DNA of 64,000 nucleotides from Mobula hypostoma. Its lineage: Eukaryota. Positions 1-11,205 of the stretch are shown one piece after another (position 1 is the first letter of the stretch; each line of letters opens with the position of its first letter). The notes under the pieces are model-generated. The model ran no database searches. It had not been told where the DNA came from and was given only the letters and a program-made list of their open reading frames with translations. The stretch spans positions 42,720,001 through 42,784,000 of the forward strand of contig NC_086097.1 of the NCBI RefSeq assembly GCF_963921235.1, written 5' to 3'. A program made the position numbers and the translations under genes.

Positions 1-379
1 ACAATCCTTTGAATGGGAATTCAAAGTTCAAAGTGCATTTATTATCGAAGTATACATTATACAATCTTGCGATCTGTCTCCTTACAGGCAGCCACAAACC
101 AAGAAACTCAAAAGAACTCATAAAGAAAAACCAACAATACCCAATGTGCAGACAGAAAAAAAAACAGATCATACAAACAATAAAAGTAAGCAAATAGCAT
201 TTAGAATGAAAGTGAGTCCTCAGACACAAAGCCCTGAGTGGCCAGGGCAGGTCGAAGCCTCAGGCTCAATTCAGCACGTAGCGGAGTGAACATCACGAAG
301 CCCGCAGACACCGAACCCAGGGCAAGAAGAGCCGCCCCACAGCCTCAACCTCAGTGCAGCAAAGAGGTGAGTAAATGTC

Positions 380-782
380 ACAGAGATTGCTTCATTTTCG
401 CTCCCGGCTGTTTCTGGTATCTCCAAGCCTGATTGCTTGAAAGCACAGTGAACAAAACAGTTCTGAATTGTTTTATGGCTTATTTCTTGCCAGCTATCAG
501 TGACAACCATCACTGCTGTTTGAACACAAGCACATGCAACTGAAGCTATTTATAAACTGCTCATTCTAAGCATGGTTTCGAGTCTAATGGCCGCACAAGT
601 GCACACGACTGTCGCTAGTTAAAAAACTGTTCAGCAACAGTCTCTTTTCCAATTTGAGCAGCGTAGTTTCCCAAATAAACTAAGGGAATCATGGCTATTT
701 TCTCCATTAGTTTTGTTCTTTAAGCGTTGTCCCAAATAAGCCCCAACTAACCCATGGCCCAATTAACTAGAATCTGCTGTAT
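380..782 (-). mobile_element. Tigger/pogo (TcMar) DNA transposon remnant
   Basis: Minus ORF 271-513 reads DSWQEISHKTIQNCFVHCAF, resembling the Tigger/TIGD DDE C-terminal 'W..I...TI.NCF...GF' segment; right end ...CTGCTG-TA resembles a Tigger TIR plus TA. Confidence 0.7.
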
Positions 783-965
783 ATGGAACTGTCTTAAGCC
801 ACATTAACTATTCATTATACAGTATTCATTTGGGTTTTATGCACCAACCCAATGACAGGAAGGTATTAGCCGATACATTATACCAAGTCAATGCTAGGAA
901 GAAATAAGATATAAGAAAGGACTGAGACTAAAACAGAGAACATATCAAGTTTATCTTAGTATTCT

Positions 966-1123
966 AATCACAAACAAGAGAATATCTGCAGATGAAGGAA
1001 ATCCAAGCAACACACACAAAATGCTGGAGGAACTCAGCAGGCCAGGTAATATCTATAGAAAAGAGTATAGTTGATGTTTCGGGCTGAGACCTGCTGCGTT
1101 TCTCCAGCATTTTGTGTGTCCAG
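966..1123. mobile_element. Penelope-derived short inverted insertion with 11-bp TSD
   Basis: CTTAGTATTCT at 955-965 and 1124-1134 flanks a TCTGCAGATG...CAACACACACAAAATGCTGGAG repeat followed by an inverted partial copy. Confidence 0.7.
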
Positions 1124-1358
1124 CTTAGTATTCTGTTTGATTGGACAGTAATGTTCAAAAATCACCGAGCAAAGTGTCACCAAAGATCAAAGTACATAAC
1201 AAAATACTTAGTAAGCCAGCAGATTCATTGTAAGGAACAGTTTTACAACTTTCCATCTCATACCCACAATCGTTCACAATGTATTTAATCAGCACACTAA
1301 ACACATTGACCTTAACTCACCAAATCACATAATCACAGGGTCTTGAATGCTAACTCAC

Positions 1359-1401
1359 CTTTCATGGTTCCCAGATCTAAAGCAATTTCCTGCTCTTCAT
1401 A
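1359..1401 (-). other. Candidate exon (43 nt) of an unidentified minus-strand transcript
   Basis: TTTTTGTTTTTAG acceptor and AAG|GTGAGT donor; phase 0 reads YEEQEIALDLGTMK, or 5'UTR plus ACC-ATG-AAA-G. No homology recognised. Confidence 0.35.
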
Positions 1402-3026
1402 CTAAAAACAAAAATTAAATAAAAGCATACTGCTCAAGCATGCTAACTCAAGCCTGTTCAATTACCCAAGACCACAAAGTGTAGATCTGGCATTACACCA
1501 AACATTGTGATTAAATTGAATTTAATCATATTGTGTCTTGCATTAAAGTCCTTTGTATGGTGTTTTGAATGCAATATTTGCTGTGTTTTTCTGCTTGATA
1601 GAATAAAAAAGCATGCATTAAGTTAAAATATATGGAGCTACATTGCTTCTGTTTGATCAAACCCAACAGAATATGAGATACAAATGAGAAAAATGTCACT
1701 TTCAAGTATAAATTGAAGCAGATACACAGATGGGCACGTTCTCTAGAACCTTTGGATCCACTTTGCAACATTCCTGACAAAACTTTGATAAATAGAGTAA
1801 CTCCCCATCCCATACAATTTGCAACCACCTGACTGAGATGTCAGCAGCTTCTGTGTCACCTGGAGGATTGTTCCATTGTTTTCCCTTTACATTTTAAGAT
1901 AGGTAGATTGCATTAACTCTTTATAACATGATAAGTCAGGTTTAGAATATGGCATGCTGAGTTACGCTCCCTGTTATTGTTCATTAGAGTTCTCCAAAAC
2001 CAGAAAACATTAAGATCACAGCCACACAAAGCCATACTGCTTATAGGCAATGATCTTCTGTCTAGAAAGGAAAATCCATTAAAAAAAAACGTGTGTCAAC
2101 CATGACATAAAGCACAAGCAATTCAGTAATGTGCTTTGACATTTCATTCCTCTATATCAGCAAACACTTCTTCTTGAAGATGGAGCCTTTTGAAACTATT
2201 TTACACACAGAAGTTGCATTTGCCTCAGTAATAAAAGGAAGCATTAGATCTTGGTCTATGAGATTATAAAAGACAAATATTAGGGGTCTGAGCAAATTTA
2301 TAGTTTCAAACAGTGACGGCATATATTTGGAGCTTTAACATAAAACTGGTGGGTGGTAGACAGGACTGCAAATAAGAAGAACAGGTAACAAATGCTCCAA
2401 GTGGTAAAAAAGACAACCATCTGGCTTTGCCACTTGGTAGGCAAAAGGCACTTGGAGCCTTATTGTTCTGGAGGGATGACCATCAACGTGTCTATCTTTT
2501 GCCTCCAGCAAAGGTGCACGTTTAAGACAAATATTTTATATTTAATCTATAACCACAAAATGGACAAATGATCAGAATATCAGTCAGCTGCTGTGGAGAG
2601 GGAAACAGAAGCAACACTTCTGAAAGATCAATAAATTCCGCAAGGTTCAGAAAGATCATGAGCCTAGTAGGTTTTCTCTGTTTCTGTCTCCATACATACT
2701 GCCTGATCTGCAGAGCATTTCCAGCAGTTCCTGAGTAGTACTTGCGATCATTGATAAAAAGAACAGCTTGGATTACTCCCTGTATGAATGTGGTGTCTAC
2801 CAAACATTTCACTGAGAGCTGCACTCTTTACAACTGGCCAAAGGGGCAGATGGAAATTCACATTGAGCAGCAACACCAATAAAAACTCCCACATTAGGAA
2901 CATCTTTTGTGTAACACACCGTAAGGTTTCACTGCTAATATAATAGTTTCTCTGTTGCAGCAATGTTTGGGTCATGACTAGAGATAACGGGGGTTTGGAA
3001 TGTGTGCTATCCAATGAGAAGCATGT

Positions 3027-3456
3027 TGTCACAACTATGGATTCGGCAGTGCAGTAGATACGACAGGTAAGGCCATTCAAGCCAGGAGAGGAGGTCTGGT
3101 TGGCATCAAGGGATCTTCCCCTGAAAGTCGAAAACCGAAAATAGGCACCGCTCTACATGGGACTATTTGTAGTAGAAAAGGCTGTAAACAAGGTGTCCTA
3201 TAGATTTCGTCTACCAGCATCACTGAAGATCCACCCAGTATTCCATGTTTCCCAGCTCAAGCCAGTTACTACCTCCAAATCTATAGGACACCTCATTTAC
3301 AGCCTTTTCCACTACAAACAGTCCCACATAGCGCGGTGCCAATTTCCGATTTTCAACTTCAGGGGAAGATCCCTTGATGCCAACCAGACCTCCTCTCCTG
3401 GCTTGAATGGCCTTACCTGTCGTATCCACTGCACTGCCGAATCCATAGTTGTGACA
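3027..3456. mobile_element. Fold-back element derived from Gypsy (Tf2/chromovirus-like) integrase C-terminal region
   Basis: Inverted arms 3027-3207 and 3277-3456 with a 69-bp spacer and TGTCAC...GTGACA ends. A composite of the two arms plus spacer reads [65 protein letters not shown] (GPY/F, SH3-like domain). Confidence 0.85.
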
Positions 3457-3868
3457 GTTGTTCTTTCTTGTGGGTCTGAGAGCAGGGATTTCGCGGTCTT
3501 TTGTCGGCGAGGGATGAAGAGAGAAAACGCAAGTGGAAAGAGTTGGTAGACCGGCAGACAGAGCGGACTTGGAGTGAGAGTCCGACGGTCAGCAACGCTC
3601 AAGGAGGAGGTTGATGGGGAACGAATGGACGGAACCGTGGGCTCCAGCATGCGCATTAGACTGTTTCATTAAAATGAGCCCTTTCTCTTTTTATTTTCTT
3701 TACTAACCCTATTGTCAGATTAAGATTTATAAAGTTCAATCATTTAATTGCATATGGTGTACTGTCTGATACTTTGCGGTTCAGATTTGGAACCGCAACA
3801 CATCACGCAACATCCACTCAAACGAGATTTCTCAGTTTGGCTGGGCCAGAGGCTGTCTTCCCCTAGAC

Positions 3869-5011
3869 TAGTGGTCACCAACCGGTCGATTGCGATCAAC
3901 CAGTTGATCTTTGAGACTTTCCCAGTAGATGAAAAATGAAAAATAAATACACAAATACTGTTGTAATGTGAGCATTATAAAAATAAGTAATACTAATTAG
4001 AACATAGAACATAGAATAGTACAGGCCCTCAAACCCTTCCTCCCATATAACCCCCGACCTTAAATAGGATAATGGTATTATAGCAATACTCCCGCTACTG
4101 AAAGCTGTTTGTAAAGAGAGATTGTTTCCGGGTTGCGGGTTTTTAGTTCCATTCTTTCTGCTCAGTGCGCATGTGTGTATAGCTCCCCCGCCATGCACCG
4201 CGGTAGAAAAGACCAGAAGTAAAATCCAGCAACCTCTCTTTACAAACAGCTTTCTGTAGCGGGAGTGATGTTATATTACCATTATCCTAATTTGTATTAA
4301 CTTATCTTTAAAATGCTCACATTACAACACTTCGCCCCCTTTAAATTCCAACATTTCCCAAATGTAAATAACTGGAAAACAAAAAAACAGTGGTGTCATT
4401 ATCTTGCATACCTCTGAAACTTATACTAGTGTCTCAGTAACAGCTTACCAACACAAAACACTTGAAAAATGTGGCAGATTCAACATTCAGTCTAACAAAG
4501 GAAACTGTCCATTCAAATATTCAGTCTGTCAGGAGCTTGCGAGGACGCTGTGCTGCAACAGATGAAAATTATGAAATCTAAGTACAGGAGCTGTCTTACT
4601 GACAGACACCTCACAGGCTGTCTCAGACTAGCTGTCTGTAGTTATCAGCCAAATTTCAGGGAACTAGTAGAAAGTATTCAGCCCCAGTCATCACATTGAG
4701 TGCAACAGTCAATTTCTATTCATTTATTTTTTGTGTTGAAATAAAATTAAATAATGAAACATAGTCTTAAAGGTGTTGTAATGTGAGTATTATAAAAATA
4801 AGTCATATTAATTAAGATAATGGTAATATAGCAATACTCCCGCTATGGAAAGCTGTTTGTAAAGAGAGATTGTTTCCGGGTTGCAGGGTTTTACTTCCGG
4901 TCTTTTCTGCCCGGTGCGCATGCGTGTGACTAAACGATTTAGTAGGTCGATCTTGCCTTTCACTAAGGCCAAGGTACGGGATCTTGGGCTTAAAAAGGTT
5001 GGTGACCACTA
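3869..5011 (+). mobile_element. Non-autonomous hAT (Charlie/Buster-like) transposon
   Basis: Perfect 15-bp TIRs TAGTGGTCACCAACC / GGTTGGTGACCACTA; 8-bp TSD CCCTAGAC/CCCTAGTC; about 4560-4700 encodes MKIMKSKYRSCLTDRHLTGCLRLAVCSYQPNFRELVESIQPQSSH* (hAT C-terminal dimerisation region). Confidence 0.9.
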
Positions 5012-5749
5012 CCCTAGTCAAACGCATGCTGGCCGAACATGAAGGTTACATTTGTAAAAAAAAAAAGAAACTTTATTCATAATAAAAATTATTTACAGGA
5101 ATAGACAGTTCAATGTCTTTTCATTCTTACGTTCATAGTCAATGCTTTCAGTCATTCTTCATTCTATCACATTCCGTAAAACCAATAGGACTGTTGCCAC
5201 TCAGGTGCTTTCCCCCACCCCCTCATGTGGTACTCTACTATAGTTATTGAGCTATTTCCTCACCCAACCTGGCTCTTCGCTTGCCAGTAACGGAGGAACC
5301 CTATACTGTGATCAATCCCCACCACATGTGGACGTCGCAGACAAAATAGGAGGAAATCTTTCCATGCCTGGCTGAAGTCTACTAGTTTCTGTAAACAAGT
5401 GTTATTTTGGCTGTTAGCACCTTAAGAATTGTGGCTTGTAACAAGAACCCTCCTCAAGGCATAAAGGGAAGATTCACCTTGAAGCAGCCCTCACTGAGAC
5501 TACCATTGGAAACTTACAGTGGTAGTTTCATTGGTCCACTGTCCCTCTCCGATTAACATTTCCAGCGGCCATAATCAATTTCCAGGCCAAGTAACTGTCT
5601 CAACATCCTTGACATAGGTAAAGAACTCGAGAACAACGATGTCTTGAAACTGGGGAACTTGATGCCATTGTTTACATGCTTTACCATTCAATTGTAAAGA
5701 AAATGAATTGTAAAATAAAACTGTGAAATGTGTGAAGTCTAAGCATACA

Positions 5750-6512
5750 AGTCTTAGCACCAGCTACAAATTTGACAATGACGTCACTGTTGTTGGCAGA
5801 GTGCCAGATGGTGACAAGCGGGCATACAGGAGTGACATGGATTAGTTGGTAGAGTGCTGCCGTAACAACAACCTTGGCCTCAACGTCTGCAAAACCAAGG
5901 AACAGATTATGGACTTTAAGAAAGGAAAGTAAGGTGAACAAGCACCAGTCCTCTGAGGTGAAAAGGATAAACAGCTTCAAGTTCCTGGGTGTCAACATGT
6001 CAGAGGATCTGCCCTTAGCCAAGTATATAGATTAGTGATGAAGAGGCGAGAGAGAATGGCAGACTCAGCCAGTTCCATAATGGGCGTAGCTCTCTCTCCA
6101 CCATCTCTAAGAGGCTAGGTGTCAGGAAGGTGATATTTATCATCAGGGACCTTCACTTTCTGGGCCATGCCTGCTTCTCATTGCTGGCATCAGGCAGAAA
6201 GGACAGGAGTTTGAAGACCCACACGTCAAGGATCAAGTACAGCATCTTTCCCCCCTGCCATCAGGTTCTTGAACCAACCTGAAAAACTCTAATGCTACCT
6301 CGAACTTTATTTCTTTTCTCTCTCCCAACTTGCATTCATGTTGTTATGTTTACTTTATCGTATAAGTTATATATAATTTATATTTATTTAATTTTGTGTT
6401 AATGTTATGTTTGTAATGTATAATAATGCTGCTGCTACACAAAGCTAATTTTAATTACATTTACTGTACACCATTGGTACGTATGCCCACAACAATATAC
6501 TTAAACTTGAAC
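5750..6512 (+). mobile_element. Rex1/Babar-like LINE, degenerate 3' fragment
   Basis: Degenerate KF(A)DD..VVG, LALNVCKTKE.IMDFKK and SFKFLGVNMSEDL segments; (AACTTG)n-type tail. Confidence 0.7.
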
Positions 6513-6802
6513 TCTAATGTTTCCTTTCCAGATCTGAGATGTACCTGGCACATTTACAGACAGATGATCTCAGTGATACAGTAGAGCATTCAGTGACAAG
6601 CAGTGCAGCTCTGATTGTCATTTTCCAGACGCTCATTCGAGTGTGTGTGAGTTCCAAGAAGCTCTCATACAAAGACAGGACCTCACTTGCAGGACATGTC
6701 CAGCAGGACTGGGAATGGGGACTTGCCAGACTGAGTTCTGGCCTGTGAAATTCAGCGCTGAGAAAATGCTTCAAGTGCATCAAATCTAAACAATGTACTC
6801 AC

Positions 6803-6883
6803 CTGTCACAGAGGCTCTAACTTGGACTTCCAACAGGGCACCATCCCAAATCCCACTGTGTTCCCCATTCGATCTCAGTTTCA
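6803..6883 (-). other. Candidate symmetric (phase 1-1) exon, 81 nt
   Basis: TTGTTTCACAG acceptor and CAG|GTGAGT donor; open as xKLRSNGEHSGIWDGALLEVQVRASVT. No family recognised. Confidence 0.3.
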
Positions 6884-7044
6884 CTGTGAAACAATGTTCC
6901 AAACACATTCAACAATGTAAAATATGGAGGACGGGTTCACATGGGGACACAGTCTCCAAAACCACTAGGTGCATTTTGCAAAGTTCCAGAAGATTTCTGC
7001 ACATTGTGAAGCCACAACAGTACTTCTGCTGGGATGCCATGGCA

Positions 7045-7313
7045 CCATAGATGTTAGTGCAAAGCTATTACAGCCTCGGGCATCAAAGTTCAGAGTTCAA
7101 ACATGATGCCGTCTGTAAGAAGTTTGTACATCCTTCCCACGAGCGCGTGTGGTTCCTCGGGTGCTCCGGTTTCCTCCCACATTCCAAAACTGTACTAGAT
7201 AGTACACTAATTGATCATTGAAAATTGTTCTGTGACTAGGCTTAGGTTCAACAGGTGGTTTGCTGGGTGGTGTGGCTCGTTGCAGCAGGAAGGGTCCACA
7301 CTCTATTTCTAAA
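7045..7313 (+). mobile_element. tRNA-like SINE (chondrichthyan type)
   Basis: GAGTTCAAA box-B-like motif and the V-SINE-like core GGTTCCTCGGGTGCTCCGGTTTCCTCCCACATTCCAAA; related copies near 24480-24770(-), 32600-32810, 50560-50760(-), 51585-51900 and 54470-54625(-). Confidence 0.7.
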
Positions 7314-8349
7314 TAACTTAAGAAATTTTGGTCAATGTAATTACACCCCACTGCATTCAATTTACAACAGCCTGAGTCTTCAGTATCTACTTGTGCATGT
7401 TTCTTTTTCCATGTGTTAAAATAAGCAGCTTGCTTTAAAGTCTGGTTTAGAATATAGTCTGCTGTTTCATGCATTCTGCTATTTTTCATTAGCGTACTCA
7501 GACATCAGAAAGCCTCTAAGGTAACACCAGATCACTAAAAGAGGCAAAAATGTTCTGTCTGGAAAAAAAAATTCATAAAAAAATAAAACTCATGTGTCAT
7601 AAAGCATAAGCAATTCAGTAATGTGCTTTGATCATCTACTTACATCATCAAACACTTCTTGGAGACGGAGGCTTTTCAAATGACTTTATACAACTATAGT
7701 ATATACACAGAAGTTGCATTTATCTCACTAATAAAAGAAAGTTGAGAAGGACTGGATCCAGGCTTGTGAAATGATAAGAACAGATAATGGAGATAAGAGC
7801 AAACTCATGATTTCAAGTCATGACAGTAGAAACTGGGAATCTCAGTATAAAGCTGGTGGGTAGCAAACAGGATTGGAACTGAGGAGAAAATGGAACAGAT
7901 GTCCCAATTTTCGTACTTGGATTGAGCTGCCTGACCACAACATTTAGAGCAAAATCAAACAGTTGGATTTATTCCCATAACAGGCAGGACTAACACTCCT
8001 GCTGTGCCAAAGAAATCCAATATGTTCTGCAAACTGTGAGTGTTTAGGCCTTGTTTCTGTGATTAATTACTCAGACTTATAAAAATACAGCATAAACACT
8101 GGAAGGAGTGCGCTAACTATTATCCTGTTAAGCACCACCTACCCACTTGTGGTAGAGTCTGGGAGGTCCAAATGGTCCTCCTTGGTCAACTCAGACACAC
8201 AGAAATTGTTTGGAAGTAAGTCCTCCTCGATCTTAAGAGACCATTGAGTACAATGTAAAGAACGATTGCTTGCTTTATTGCCACACTGAAGATGTCAAGA
8301 GTACTCAGAACAATACACATTTTAAATAGGAACATCTTCACTGACAACA

Positions 8350-9195
8350 GACACAGACACACCTCAAGGTTGTGTGCTCAGCCCACTACTCTACTCTCTC
8401 CACACTCGTGATTGTGTGGCTATACCATCTATAAATATGCCAATGACGCAATTGTTGTTGGCAGAATCTCAGATGGTGATGAGGAAGTGTACAGCAGTGA
8501 AGCAGGTGGCTGGTTGAGACGCATGGCAACAAGAACCTTGTACTCAGTGTCAATAGGACCAAGGGATTGATCATGAACTTCAGGAAGGGGAACTTAGAAG
8601 AATGCATCAAGCGGTCAGCAGAAGAAAGGATGAGTAGCTTTAAGTCCATGGGTGTCAACATCTTGGAGAATCTATCTAGGGCCTAACATATTGATGCATT
8701 AATGAAGAAGGAGATTTAGTATGTCACCGAAGACTATGGACGTACAGTGAACAGCATTCTGACTGCTGGCATAACTGCCTGGTATGGTGTCTCCAATGCA
8801 CAGGACCATTAAAAAAGCTGCAGAGTATTGTAGACTCAGCCAGCTTCATCATGTGCACCACGGAGGACATATACAAAAGGTGGGGCTTCAAGAAGGTGGC
8901 ATCTATCATTAAGGATCTTCGCCATCCTAGCAATGCCCTCTACATATCACTACCCTCAGAGGGGAGGTACAGCAGCTCGAAGACACACACTGAACATTTT
9001 AGAGATAGCTTCTCCCACTCCACCATCTTATTTCCGAATGGTCCATGAACCTATGGACTCACTATATTCCTCTTATCTTTTACTTTAATATATTTCTAAT
9101 TGTAACTAGTAGTATTTTTATGTATTGTTCTGTACTGCTACAACAAAACAATTTTCATGACGTATGCCAATGATAATAAACCTGATTTTGATTTT
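8350..9195 (+). mobile_element. Rex1/Babar-like LINE fragment (RT end and 3'UTR)
   Basis: PQGCVLSPLLLYS remnant; KKVASIIKDLRHPSNALYISLPSEGRYSSSKTHTEHFRDSF; AATAAACCTGATT tail. Confidence 0.75.
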
Positions 9196-9877
9196 TCTCC
9201 TCTCTCGATCACTCTGTTGCAAAGTTGTTTGGATATGAGGGAAGTTTCTTCCCTTGCCATGAGTAAGACCTAATACTAAAACATGGACGTTATAAAGACA
9301 GTCGTAGACAAGTGAGTCCGAACAAAACCTTCCCCAGCAGGAGCCCTGGATGGACCATGAGATCCACAGACTGCTGTAGTGTTCAGGTATGGCAACCACA
9401 TAAAAAACAAGAGGTCCAGGTACAACCTCTGGAAAGCTGTCTTTTTTGAATCACCGAAGGATGCTTGACAGCTGTGGCAGGCCTTGACCACCATCACCTC
9501 CTGCAAAGTGAAACCAAGTGACATAGGTGGAAAAAGGTTTTGCTCCTAGTAGAGCTAAATGCCTTTTATGCTTGCTTTGACCATCAAAATATGGAGGCAC
9601 CTTCATGAATTCCCACAGCCCCCTTATGACCTGTGATTTGAGTTTCTGAGAGCATCCTTCAGGGGGGTGAACCCATGGAAAGCATCCGGTCCAGATGGGA
9701 TACCAGGCTGAGTGCTGATCAACTGACTGGAGCACTCACTGATATTTCTACCCTCTCGCTTTGGCTGTCTGATGTAAGCAGCTGATTAAAGCAGGCTTCA
9801 ATTGTACCAGTGCCTAAGAAGAACATGGTAACCTGCTGCAATGACTTTTGTCCAGTAACACTTACATCTACTGTGAT

Positions 9878-10524
9878 TTAGATTAGATTATGAGGACACG
9901 CAGTCCTCTTTTATTGTCATTTAGTAATGCATGCATTAAGAAATGATACAATGTTTTTCCAGTATGATATCATGGAAACACATGACAAACCGACTTAAAA
10001 ACTAACAAAAACCACGTAATTATAACTTATTGGTACAACAGTGCAAAGCAATACCGTAATTTGATAAGAACAGACTATGGCACAGTAAAAGTCTCGAAGT
10101 CTCTCGAAAGTCCCATCATCTCACGCAGACGGTGAACCTCCAGCGCCGCCAACTCGCCAGTGCAGCATCCCGGAAGCATCCGACCACAGTCCGACTCCGA
10201 GTCCATCCAAAAACTCCGAGCCTTCGACCAGCTCTCTGACACCAAGCACCGAGCACCATCTTTGCCGAGCGCTTCGACCCTGGCCCTGGCAACAGGCAAT
10301 GGGCAAAGCCGAGGATTTGGGGCCTACGTTTCCGGAGATTCTCGATCGCACAGTAGCAGTGGCAGCGAAGCAGGCATTTCAGAAGTTACTCCAGGTGTTC
10401 CTTCATGCTTCTCACGGCTGTCTCCATCAAATCCGGATAGTGCACGGCCTCCTAGTTACACATACGATATTCATTCAGAACGGCCGCGCGTGCTGCATCG
10501 CGCCGCCATCTTCTCCTTCCTCCA
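9878..10524 (-). mobile_element. Short non-autonomous non-LTR element, CpG-rich, (TCTAA)n tail
   Basis: Interrupts the Rex1 sequence CTGTGAT|GAAGTGCTTT; minus strand starts GGAGGAAGGAGAAGATGGCGGCG and ends AATAAAAGAGGACTGCGTGTCCTCATAATCTAATCTAA. Confidence 0.75.
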
Positions 10525-10626
10525 ATGAAGTGCTTTGAGAGGCTGGTAATGAAGCTTATCAACTCCTGCCTGAGAAGTGACTTAGATCCACCCCAATTTG
10601 CCTACTGTCACAAAAGGAAAACATCA

Positions 10627-11205
10627 CAAGACAAAGACAAAGAAGCAGAAATAGGCCATTCAGCCCATCGAGTCTGCTCCGCCGCTTCCCCATGTGCTAA
10701 ACTATTCACCCATCTAGTTCCAATTTCCGGCTTTTTCCCCATATCCCTTGATACCCTGACTAATTAGATATCTGTCAATCTCCTCCTTAAACACCCACAA
10801 TGATCGGGCCTCCATAGCTGTATGTGGCAACGAATTCCACAAATCCATGACCCGCTGGCTAAAAAAATTTCTCCTCATCTCTGTTTTAACTGGGTACCCT
10901 CTAATTCTAAGACTATGGCCTCTTGTCCTCTCATTCTTCTATACTCTAATGAGTACAGTCCAAGAGCCGACAAACGCTCCTCATATGTTAACCCTTGCAT
11001 TCCAGGAATCATCCTCGTAAATCTTCTCTGAACTCTCTCCAACATCAGTACATCCTTTCTAAGATAGGGGGCCCAAAACTGCACACAGTATTCCAAATGA
11101 GGGCTCACTAATGCCCCATAGAGCCTCATCAACACCTCCTTACTCTTATACACTATTCCTCTTGAAATGAATGCCAACATAGCATTCGCTTTCCTTACCA
11201 CTGAT
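10627..11205 (-). mobile_element. CR1 LINE 3' fragment nested in Rex1
   Basis: [47 protein letters not shown] (CR1 ORF2 C-terminus). Confidence 0.9.

Larger units (their letters stand above)
2910..5050 (+). mobile_element. Solo LTR (Gypsy-like) split by two nested insertions
   Basis: TGTAAC...GTTACA termini; 4-bp TSD TTTG (2906-2909 and 5051-5054); body similar to LTR-like copies at 38934-39567 and 14464-14894. Strand is relative to the other copies. Confidence 0.8.

Noticed and set aside
2101..2141. SECIS or IRE in the conserved hairpin
   Set aside because: The stem above ATGA/GA is too short, the ATGA is missing in the paralogous copy, and there is no CAGUGN apical loop.
5517..5760. Minus-strand frame with one in-frame TGA (possible selenoprotein exon)
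   Set aside because: No selenoprotein motif, no good acceptor, and no SECIS found.
6803..6890. Ig/TCR J or D segment (two CACAGTG heptamers near a splice donor)
   Set aside because: No nonamer at 12 or 23 spacing and no F/W-G-x-G motif.
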